Part shown: one piece after another, positions 1 to 9,345 of the stretch
How positions within the stretch are numbered: the first letter of the stretch is position 1
How the letters are laid out: each line of letters begins with the position of its first letter
DNA from: Rebecca billardiae RCC1528
Lineage: Eukaryota > Protista > Haptophyta
Direction of reading: 5' to 3'
Assembly (NCBI GenBank): GCA_965240325.2
Contig: OZ251230.1
Span: 2,046,001 to 2,110,000, forward strand
DNA: 64,000 nucleotides
Made by a program: the position numbers and the translations under genes
The notes under the pieces: generated by a model
What the model saw: only the letters and a program-made list of their open reading frames with translations
Databases searched by the model: none
Told to the model about the DNA's origin: nothing

Positions 1-1380
1 TGGTGGCGGCGAGGGCGGTGGCAACGGCGGTGGTGGCGAAGGTGGTGGCGAGGGCGGCGGCGAGGGTGGCGGGTGCGGCGGCGGATGTGGCGGCGGGCTC
101 GGAGGTGGCGAGGGTGGCGGCTTCGGCGGTGGGCTGGGGGGCGATGGCGGCGGGAGCGGCTCTGTGCGCGGTGGGGGCGGCGGCGAGGAGGGTGGTGGCG
201 ACGGCGGAGGCGATGGCGGCGGTGACGGTGGCGGCGACGGCGGCGGCCTTGGGGGGGGCGATGGCGGCGGCGATGGTTGTGGCGGCGGCGGCGATGGCGG
301 CGGTGACGGCGGCGGCGACGGAGGGGGCGTCGGCGGCGGCGAAGGCGGCGGTCTCGGCGGAGGCGCAGGCGGGGGAGACGGTGGTGGGCTCGGTGGGGAT
401 GGCGGAGATGCCGGCGGAGGCGAGGGCGGGGGCACCGGCGGTGGCGACGGCGGCGGCCGCGGTGGCGGGCTTGGCGGCGGTGACGGGGGCAACGGCAGTG
501 GCGGCGGGGGCGTGGGTGGCACTGGTGGCGAGGGCGGCGACGGTGGAGGCGGGGGCGGCGATGGCGGCGGACCCGGCGGCGGGCTCGGCGGTGGCTTTGG
601 CGGGCGCGACGGCGGCGGCGGCGATGGGACGGGTGGCGGCGGCGGTGGGAACGGCTCAGTGCGAGGTGGCGGCGGTGGCGCTGGCGGCGGGGCCGGTGGC
701 GAGGGTGGCGGGAACGGCGGGGGCGAGGGCGGCGGGCTCGGCGGCGGCGAGGGCGGCGGGCTCGGCGGCGGGCTCGGCGGTGGGCTCGGCGGCGGCGAAG
801 GCGGCGGCGGGCTTGGCGGCGGACTGGGTGGTGGGCTTGGCGGCGGGCTCGGCGGCGGCGAGGGCGGCGGTGAGGGCGGAGGCGTCGGCGGCGGACTTGG
901 CGGTGGCGAGGGTGGCGGGCTCGGCGGCGGGCTGGGCGGCGGGCTCGGCGGTGGCGGGCTCGGCGGCGGGCTCGGAGGTGGGGTCGGCGGCGAGCCCGGC
1001 GGAGGCGGGCTTGGCGGCGGGCTCGGTGGCGGACTCGGTGGCGGGCTCGGCGGCGGCGGGCTCGGCGGCGGCAGCGGCGGAGGGCTCGGTGGCACCGGCG
1101 GAGGCGTGGGGGGCGACGGCGGTGGTGGCGACGGCAATGGAGGCGGTGGCGTGGGCGGCGCCAGCGGGGGCGGCGGCGAGGGCGGTGGCGAGGGCGGCGG
1201 GCCCGGCGTCGAGCTCAGCTGCCTGCTCGAGCTGCCCCAGCTGCGGCTGGCCGCTGAGGCGGGCCCATCCGCGGGAGTAGCCGTCCCTCGGAGTGTGACG
1301 CCCGGCGCGCCCGCGCTGCGCGGGGCGCCCAGCAGCCAAAGCAGCGTGAAGAGCGCGGCGGCCGGCGGCCGTCGCCTCAT
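1..1380 (-). CDS. 5' part of a secreted extensin/pherophorin-like proline-rich protein (continues beyond the window start)
   Basis: ATG at 1380 (minus) reads MRRRPPAAALFTLLWLLGAPRSAGAPG..., which looks like a signal peptide. About 400 aa of (S/A/T)PPP repeats follow with no stop before position 1, including RTEPFPPP. It is absent from the ORF track because it has no stop in the window. Confidence 0.85.
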   Translation of the reverse strand, partial: MRRRPPAAALFTLLWLLGAPRSAGAPGVTLRGTATPADGPASAASRSWGSSSRQLSSTPGPPPSPPPSPPPPLAPPTPPPPLPSPPPPSPPTPPPVPPSPPPLPPPSPPPPSPPPSPPPSPPPSPPPPGSPPTPPPSPPPSPPPPSPPPSPPPSPPPSPPPSPPPTPPPSPPPSPPPSPPPSPPPSPPPSPPPPSPPPSPPPSPPPSPPPSPPPSPPPSPPPFPPPSPPAPPPAPPPPPRTEPFPPPPPPVPSPPPPSRPPKPPPSPPPGPPPSPPPPPPSPPSPPVPPTPPPPLPLPPSPPPSPPPRPPPSPPPVPPPSPPPASPPSPPSPPPSPPPAPPPRPPPSPPPTPPPSPPPSPPPSPPPPQPSPPPSPPPRPPPSPPPSPPPSPPPSPPPSSPPPPPRTEPLPPPSPPSPPPKPPPSPPPSPPPHPPPHPPPSPPPSPPPSPPPPLPPPSPPP

Positions 1381-1554
1381 CTGCGTTGGAGATGCGGGCG
1401 CCATCGCCCAAATGTTGGCTTCAAAGGCTCAAAAGCTCGATCGCCTGAGTGCCAACCACCTCCTGACCATCCATCCGCCAACTGTTCGATCCGGGACGCC
1501 GGTGGTGACAGTCCGGCTGGCTCCGGAAGCTCGTCTCAAGCTGGCGACGCAATA

Positions 1555-2583
1555 ATGATGGATGTCCTCCCGCGGTTGGTGACGATGACGTTCTCCGACG
1601 ACTCGACGTACGCTGCGCGCCTGCGCCACGTGTTCGGCGCGTGGGATCCGACCCTGCTCGTTGTCCCCCGCGCCACGATCGATCGCTCTCGCCGGCTCGT
1701 GTCGCTCGCCGAGGAGGGTCGCGTCCTCCCTGCCAGCGTCACGCCGGCCGAGCTCACCCGCGCCAAGCAGATTGTCGCCGACGCCGTGCACCCGGTGACC
1801 GGCGACGTGCTGCCGAACTTCTGCCGGAAGTCCAGCGCGATCCCAGTGAACTCGCTCATCGCCGCGGCCATGATCTCCACCTCGTCCGTCAGTGGCACCG
1901 CCGGCCTGCACATCTACTACCAGGCGTACCAGTCGGCCGTGCGGTACGCAAACCACGCGGACGAGCGCCACCCGCTGCAGTCGCGCCGGTTGTGGCTCGG
2001 CTGGGGGTTGGCGACGGGCAGCGCCGTCATGATCGGCGTCGGCGTCGCGCACGCCCTCCGCGACGCGCCGCGCCGCCTCCGCCCGCTGCGCATGGTCGTG
2101 CCGCACCTCGCGGTCGCGTGCGCCGGAGGCATCGGCATCTTCATGCACAACGAGGGCGACGCGCGCGACGGCGTGGAGCTGGTGGACGGGGAGGGCGAGG
2201 TGCGGGGCGTGTCCGTCGAGGCGGGGAGGGCGAGCCTCGGCGCGGCGCTCGCGCTGCACGCCGTCACGCTCCCGGCGTGCCAGCTCCTCCTCCCGCCGCT
2301 CTTCATGCGCTACGCGGCCGGGCCGTGGCTTGCGCAGCTGCCGGGCATGCAGCGGTTGTCGTTTGCGTTCCCGCTCGCGCTGGGGACCACGTTCGTGTGC
2401 GTCGCGGGCGTGGCGCCGCTGGCGACGGCGTGCTTCCCGCGACGGCTTGCCTTCAGCCCCGACATGCTCGAGCCCGAGCTGGCGAGCGCGCTCGCACGGC
2501 CCGTCCAGCCGCAGGCGAGCGGCTCTGACGCGCCCCAGCCGGCTGAGCGGCTGTACTACTACACGGCCAAGGCGCTCTACTGA
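1555..2583 (+). CDS. SFXN: Sideroflexin (mitochondrial tricarboxylate/serine carrier, Mtc family)
   Basis: DDSTYAARLRHVF..DP, AKQIVADAVHPVTG...FCRKSSAIPVN, YQAYQSAVRYAN and a C-terminal P-L-A-x-A-x-F-P match sideroflexin motifs (DQST..GR..HF, HPDTG, RMS, Q..NA..NY.N). Confidence 0.85.
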   Translation: MMDVLPRLVTMTFSDDSTYAARLRHVFGAWDPTLLVVPRATIDRSRRLVSLAEEGRVLPASVTPAELTRAKQIVADAVHPVTGDVLPNFCRKSSAIPVNSLIAAAMISTSSVSGTAGLHIYYQAYQSAVRYANHADERHPLQSRRLWLGWGLATGSAVMIGVGVAHALRDAPRRLRPLRMVVPHLAVACAGGIGIFMHNEGDARDGVELVDGEGEVRGVSVEAGRASLGAALALHAVTLPACQLLLPPLFMRYAAGPWLAQLPGMQRLSFAFPLALGTTFVCVAGVAPLATACFPRRLAFSPDMLEPELASALARPVQPQASGSDAPQPAERLYYYTAKALY

Positions 2584-2835
2584 GTACTGACCCGCGCCAT
2601 CTCGAGAGGGCGCGTGGATCGGCTGGCAGCTCTGGGCCCGGGCGATGCAGGTGTTCCGCGCTTGGCGGCGTGGCGCAGCTACGGGTCAGCGGGCATTTGC
2701 TCAGCTGCGGCAGGGGGCGGCCTCAGGGGCTGCAGTCCGTGGACACTCATGCACACGCTGATTCGCACACGGGGTCCACTCAGTGATCACGGTCCAGCGG
2801 CGGCGTCCGCCCATGCGCCGGACGCAGTGCATATG

Positions 2836-2844
2836 TATATATAA

Positions 2845-2879
<35 letters not shown>
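2836..2879. repeat. (TA)n microsatellite
   Basis: Run of TA dinucleotides immediately left of the MULE insertion. Similar runs lie at about 15463-15513, 15941-15990, 46708-46728 and 57146-57170. Confidence 0.95.
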
Positions 2880-2884
<5 letters not shown>

Positions 2885-3329
2885 GAGCCGACGTCAGTTG
2901 TATTGCCGCTTTGGATAGTGTGGTCAGTTGTATTGCCACAAGCGGTCCTTGTTCCTTGTTCGCCGCATGATTGTAGTATGTTATGCCCACTGCTACGCAG
3001 TCACCAGATCGGCGACGTCGTCGACAGTTGGGATACCTCCAAGTGGAGGCCCGAGTGGTTTCCAGGTTGCAGCCCACTGTGCCACCAGGGTACTTGCGGC
3101 TGCGACGTGTTTGCCGCGCTGACGTTCCCCGCACACAGTAACCGCCCACCCGGGCGCGGACGCACTGCCCACAGTGCCGCCCGCGAGCCAGGGGCCCGCC
3201 GTCTCGGACCGCCAGCCGAAGCGCATGCGCCGGACCGGAGCTGCACTACGCAGGGCCCTGCGCAGAGCCCCAGCCGGCCACCTTGTACAGCAGAGGTGGT
3301 AGGAGCACATCCTGCACAATGCAGGGAAT

Positions 3330-6300
3330 TCCGGCTCGGGCAGACTGCCCCTTCTGCATGCTGCTGCAGGAAACCGTGCGCCGACTGCCGCACGGGCGAC
3401 TGCCGCACGTCCAGCATTGCAGGAAAGCAGCGGCTCCAGCCAAGCCGGGCAGCTGCCCCGTGACCTGCAGCAGGAAACCGCGCGTGCCGGTGTAACGAGC
3501 AGGCTCTGCTGCATGCTGCAGCGACCTCGGTCTGCAGAGGGCTTGCTGGGCTCTTGACACGAGGCACGAGGCACGATGCTCTCCAGCTGGCGTCTTGACC
3601 AGCAGCATCTGCACCTGCTGCGGCCTGGCGGGCCGCTGGGGGAGGGTCGTAGCAGAACCCCCTTCCTGTGCCAGCTCCGAGAGCCTCAGGTCTGTCGTTC
3701 AGTGCGAGTGCACGACCCTGCACGGGCTCCAGCGGCCTGCGGGCCGGGTTCCGCGCCGGCTGGGCTGCTGCCCCTTCTGCACGCTGCAGGAAAGTCGCTC
3801 GGGCTGGGCTGCTGCCCGTCTGCATGAGCAGGAAGGCAGCTCGGGTTGACCGCCCCTTCTGCATACTGCTGCAGGAAATCACATATGCCTGTGTTGCCTG
3901 GCCGCTGCCTGCGGGTAGTGGCGCCTGCTGCGTGTTAGCCCCGGCAAGGCGAGTGCGATGTGCCGCGCCGTCTAGGCTGCGGCCCCTTGTGCATGCTGCA
4001 GGAAAGCAGCTCGGGCTGGCAGCTGCCTGCGGGCAGCGGCGCCTGCGGAGTGCTAAACCCTTACACTGCGAACGCGATGTTCCGCGCCGGCTGGGATGTG
4101 GCCCCTTCTGCATGCTGCAGGAAAGCCGCTCAGGCTGGGCTGCTGCCCCCTCTGCATGCTGCAGGAAAGCCGCTCGCGGGCTGGCAGCTGCCTGCGGGCA
4201 GCGGCGCCTGCGGAGTGCGAAGCCTTTGACACGCCGAACGCTATGTTCCGCGCCGGCTGGGCTGCGGCCCCTTCTGCATGCTGCAGGAAAGCCGCCCGGG
4301 CTGTACACGGCTACACGCCCACGGCGAGCGCGAGTTCCGCTCTGGCTGGGATGCTGCCCCTTCTGCATGCTGCAGGAAAGCCGCTCGGGCTGGCAGCTGC
4401 CGGCGGGCAGCGGCGCCTGCAGAGTGCTAAGCTCTTGACACTGCAAGCGCGATGTTCCGCGCTGGCTGGGCGGCTGCCCCTTCTGCATACTGCAGGAAAG
4501 CCGCTCGGGCTGGCTGCCCTTCTGCATGCTGCTGCAGGAAATCGCATCACAATGATGCCTGTTTTGTAAGGCTGCTGCCTGCTGGCAGTCGCGCTTGCGG
4601 CTGCGGTTTGCTGAGCCAGGGGCTCGACACTGCCAGCGCGATGTGCAGCGCCGGCTGGGCAGCTGCCCCTTCTGCATGCTGCAGGAAAGCCGCTCGGGCT
4701 GGCGGCTGCCTGCGGGCAGCGGCGCCTGCGAAGTGCTAAGCCCTCGACACTGCGAGCGCGTGTTCGGCGCCGGCTGGGCTGCTGCCCCTTCTGCATGCTG
4801 CAGGAAAGCCGCTCTGGCTGGGCTGCTGCCCCTTCTGCATGCTGCAGGAAAGCCGCTCTGGCTGGGCTGGGGCCCCTTTGCATGCCTCAGTGCTGCAGGA
4901 AATCACACATGCATGCCTGTGTTGCCTGGCAGCTGCCTGCGGGAAGCGGCGCCTGCGGAGTGCTAAGCCCTTGACACTGCGAACGCGATGTTCAGCACCA
5001 GCTGGGCTGCGGCCCCTTCTGCATGCTGCAGAAAAGCAGCTTGGGCTGTACACGGCAAGCGCGAGTTCCGCGCCGGCTGGGCTGCTGCCCCTTCGCCTGC
5101 TGAAGGACAGCCGCTCTGGCTGGGCTGCTGCCCCTTCAGCATGCTGCAGGAAAGCCTCTCTCGGGCTGGCAGCTGCCCGCGGGCAGCGGCGCCTGCAGAG
5201 TGCTAAGCTCTTGACACGGCGAGCGCGAGTTCCGCGCCGGCTGGGCTGCTGCCCCTTCTGCATACTGCACGAAGGCCGCTCGGGCTGGCTGCCCCTTCTG
5301 CATGCTGCTGCAGGAAATCGCACCACATGCCTGTTTTGCCAGGCTGCTGCCTGCAGGCAGCCGCGCTTGCGGCTGTGGTTTGCTGAGCCAGGGGCTCGAC
5401 ACTGCGAGCGCAATATGCCGTGCCGGCTGGGCAGCTGCCCCTTTCTGCATGCTGCAGGAAAGCAGCTCGGGCTGGCAGCTGCCTGCGGGCAGCGGCGCCT
5501 GCGGAGTGCTAAGCCCTCGACACTGCGAGCGCGTTGTTCGGCGCCGGCTGGGCTGCTGCCCCTTCTGCATGCTGCAGGAAAGCCGCTCTGGCTGGGCTGG
5601 CGGGGCCCCTTCTGCATGCCTCAGTGCTGCAGGAAATCACACATGCATGGCTGTGTTGCCTGGCAGCTGCCTGCGGGCATCGGCGCCTGCGGAGTGCTAA
5701 GCCCTTGACACTGCGAACGCGATGTTCAGCACCAGCTGGGCTGCGGCCCCTTCTGCATGCTGCAGAAAAGCAGCTCGGGCTGTACACGGCAAGCGCAAGT
5801 TCCGCGCCGGCTGGGCTGCTGCCCCTTCGCCTGCTGAAGGACAGCCGCTCTGGCTGGGCTGCTGCCCCTTCTGCATGCTGCAGGAAAGCCTCTCTCTGGC
5901 TGGCAGCTGCCGGCGGGCAGCGGCGCCTGCAGAGTGCTGAGCTCTTGACACGGCGAACGCGAGTTCCGCGCCGGCTGGGCTGCTGCCCCTTCTTCATACT
6001 GCAGGAAAGCCGCTCGGGCTGGCTGCCCCTTCTGCATGCTGCTGCAGGAAATCGCATCACAATGATGCCTGTTTTGTAAGGCTGCTGCCTGCTGGCAGTC
6101 GCGCTTGCGGCTGCGGTTTGCTGAGCCAGGGGCTCGACACTGCCAGCGCGATGTGCAGCGCCGGCTGGGCAGCTGCCCCTTCTGCATGCTGCAGGAAAGC
6201 CGCTCGGGCTGGCGGCTGCCTGCGGGCAGCGGCGCCTGCGAAGTGCTAAGCCCTCGACACTGCGAGCGCGTGTTCGGCGCCGGCTGGGCTGCTGCCCCTT

Positions 6301-7300
6301 CTGCATGCTGCAGGAAAGCCGCTCTGGCTGGGCTGCTGCCCCTTCTGCATGCTGCAGGAAAGCCGCTTGGGCTGGCAGCTGCCTGCTGGCAGCGGCGCCT
6401 GCGGAGTGCTAAGCCCTTGACACTGTGAACGAGATGTGCCGCGCCGGCTGGGCTGCTGCCCCTTCACCGCGCCGGCTGGGCTGCTGCCCCTTCACCTGCT
6501 GAAGGAAAGCCGCTCGGGCTGGGCTGCTGCCCCTTCTGCCTGCTGCAGGAAAGCCGCTCGTGGGCTGGCAGCTGCCTGCTGGCAGCGGCGCCTGCGGAGT
6601 GCTAAGCCCTTGACACTGCAAGCGCGTTGTTCGGCGCCGGCTGGGCTGCTGCCCCTTCTGCATGCTGCAGGAAAGCCGCTCTGGCTGGGCTGCTGCCCCT
6701 TCTGCCTGCTGCAGGAAAGCCGCTCGTGGGCTGGCAGCTGCCTGCTGGCAGCGGTGCGTGCTGAGTGCTAAGCTCTTGACACGGCGAGCGCGATGTTCCG
6801 CGCCGGCTGGGCTGCTGCCCCTTCTGCATACTGCAGGAAAGCCGCTCGGGCCGGCTGCCCTTCTGCATGCTGCTGCAGGAAATCGCATCGCCTGCGGCTG
6901 CGGTTTGCTTAGCCAGGGGCTTGACACTGCACGTGCAATGTGCAGCGCCGGCTGGGCCGCTGCCCCTTCTTCCGCATGATGATGCAGGGAAGCCGCTCGG
7001 GCTGACTGCACTTTCTGCATGCTGCTGCAGTAAATAAGGCACGCCTGTGTTGCTTGGCAGCTGCCTGCTGGCAGCTGCGCCTGTGGTGTGCTGAGCCCTT
7101 GGCACTGTGAGCGCGATGTTCCGTGCCATTGCAGGGCAGCTGCCCCTTCCTCTGCATGATCGATGATGCAGGAAATTAGCTCGGGCTGGCTGCCCCTTCT
7201 GCCTCCTGCTGCAGGCGATCACGCATGCCTGTGTTGCCCTGCAGGCAGCTGCCTGTGGGCAGCGGCGCCTGCAGCTTGCAGGGCCCTCGAAACTGCGATC
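3330..7300. repeat. Complex modular satellite (core GCTGCCCCTTCTGCATGCTGCAGGAAAGCCGCTC) with higher-order duplications
   Basis: Dozens of copies of the core alternate with a module of about 75 bp (GGCAGCTGCCTGCGGGCAGCGGCGCCTGCGGAGTGCTAAGCCCTTGACACTG...). Larger blocks are duplicated at about 734-bp (4881/5615) and 1,510-bp (4536/6046) spacing. Further copies lie at about 8690-8880 and 9520-9700. Confidence 0.92.
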
Positions 7301-7366
7301 GCAGTGGTTCCTTGCCTGATTAGCGGCTTTGCACAGCCGAATGCCAGCGTCGGTTGCAACTTGTGA

Positions 7367-7550
7367 CTCCGACCCGTCATCGCTCCGACCCGTCATCGCT
7401 CCTCCGACCAGTCATCGCCTCGCCACTCTCCGACCTCAAACCCCCACCTTCGACCTGGAAGACTCGCCCTGCCTCCGACCCGTCATCGCGCTCCGACCCG
7501 CCATTGCGCCTCCAACCAGTCATCGCCTCACCACTCTCCGACCTGCCTCC
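7367..7550. repeat. Short degenerate tandem repeat (CTCCGACCCGTCATCG-like units)
   Basis: CTCCGACC(C/A)GTCATCG recurs about 6 times, in two similar blocks. Confidence 0.8.
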
Positions 7551-8987
7551 GATGCGCCAACGTCGTCATCTCCTTCGTCAGCAAAGACAATATGAGGCCC
7601 TCAGGCCATGCTCAAGCACACACTCGCGCCATCGGCATCTTGGAGTGAGCTGCTCGCTGGCGCCCAACCAGTGCCCTGTGTCGACTGCCTGCTGGCAGTG
7701 AGAGAGCCACCCTTGCGGTGGTAGTGCATAGCCAGCACTGGTGTCAGCTCCTGCTGGGGCCAGTGGTGAGCACCCTCAGCTGCTTGCCTGGTAGTCAGGG
7801 TGGGTGGGTGGGAGGATTTGCCACAATGAATGCCCTTTGCTGCTGCGGCGCTGCGTGCCGCCATTTGCGGCAACCTCGTGCCTGCTGCTTGGGGCGATAA
7901 TCGCTGAGCTCTGGGCTCTGAGTCCTGCTGCTCCGGATTCTGCGGCTGGATTTGCACAGCGCTTGCGTCTCCAGTACATTGCGGACCCCTTGTGAGCTTC
8001 GCGCCAGACCCACCAAACCAACTGCACAACACAAGCGGTCCTTGTTCCTTGTTCGCCGCATGATTGTAGTATGTTATGCCCACTGCTACGCAGTCACCAG
8101 ATCGGCGACGTCGTCGACAGTTGGGATACCTCCAAGTGGAGGCCCGAGTGGTTGCAGCCCACTGTGCCACCAGGGTACTTGCGGCTGCGACGTGTTTGCC
8201 GCGCTGACGTTCCCAATCGTTCCACAGGGGCGTCGGGTGGCTGTGCTTGTAGGGTCGGGGACCGTAATCCGTATCCCAACTGCACGATGCGCACGGTGGC
8301 GGTGTTCGTTTTTCGATTGCTTTGCTGCCTTTGGCTTTGACGACGACGAGGCAGGCGTTGAGCGGCCTCTCGGCTGCTGCAAGGGCCTTGGCTGCGGCCT
8401 ACCGGCACGGCCCGTGCTGCCTGGCAGGCCAGTGCGCTGATAGCAACGTAGCGGCCCTGCTGTATACCCAGGTTCCAGCAAGTAAGCGGCAGTGCAGGCC
8501 TGCTGGTCTCCAGCGGCCTGCTCAGGCCTAATTAGCAAGGCAGGCTCTGCCGGCCTTGCCCGTATGCTGCAGTGCCAAGTGGATCTGCCTGCTGCAGCCA
8601 GCGGGCTTGCGCCTTGCTGCTCGGCGGAGCTGCCTCACTGCACGGCGAGCGCCGGACGGACAGCCATGGTCCGCACCGGCTGGGCATCCACCCCTTCTGC
8701 ATGACGATATGCAGGAAATCCGCGTATGCCTTATTGGGCGGCTGATGAATGCACCTTTCGCGTAGTACTGCTAGTGCAAGTACTATTGATGCTTAGCAGG
8801 AAGTCACACATGCCTGTGTTAGGTGTTGCCTGGCTGCTGCCTGCGGGCACAAGCGGCACCTGCAGCGTGCTAAGCCCTTGCCTCGACGGCCTGCGGGCCG
8901 GAGGACGGTGGAGGACGCTTGCGAGTCCTGGGCAAGGCTCAGGCGGAGCTCTTGCGGGCCGGGTTCTAGGGCCCGGCGGGCCGCAAA

Positions 8988-9345
8988 GAGCAGCCTCGAC
9001 GGCCGCAGGCCGGAGGACGGTGGAGCAGAGCAGCCTCGACGGCCGCGGGCCGGAGGACGGTGGAGCAGAGCAGCCTCGACGGCCGCGGGCCGGAGGACGG
9101 TGGAGCAGAGCAGCCTCGACGGCCGCTGGCCGGAGGACGGTGGAGCAGAGCAGCCTCGACGGCCGCTGGCCGGAGGACGGTGGAGCAGAGCAGCCTCGAC
9201 GGCCGCGGGCCGGAGGACGGTGGAGCAGAGCAGCCTCGACGGCCGCTGGCCGGAGGACGGTGGAGCAGAGCAGCCTCGACGGCCGCGGGCCGGAGGACGG
9301 TGGAGCAGAGCAGCCTCGACGGCCGCTGGCCGGAGGACGATGGAG
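8988..9345. repeat. 40-bp tandem repeat, about 9 copies (GAGCAGCCTCGACGGCCGC[G/T]GGCCGGAGGACGGTGGAGCA)
   Basis: Near-perfect 40-nt periodicity. The array is bracketed by a direct repeat of about 75 bp (8881-8954 and 9314-9386). Confidence 0.95.

Noticed and set aside
3-1555. Plus-strand Gly-rich and Ala-rich ORFs (3-1280 and 164-1555)
   Set aside because: They are antisense shadows of the minus-strand SPPP gene, which has an ATG and a signal peptide.
3001-7400. Cys-rich repetitive ORFs (LGCCPFCMLQESRSG / RLSCSMQKG) as metallothionein-like proteins
   Set aside because: The same peptides appear in all three frames on each strand with frequent frame switches. Module lengths do not preserve frame, so these are satellite translations.
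8741-8800. Hammerhead ribozyme core (CTGATGA followed by a TGCAC..GTGCA stem)
   Set aside because: The required GAAA does not follow stem II (AGTA is there instead), and no stems I or III were found.
3330-9345. CRISPR-like repeat-spacer array
   Set aside because: The sequences between the palindromic cores are themselves repeated modules rather than unique spacers. There are no cas genes and the context is eukaryotic.
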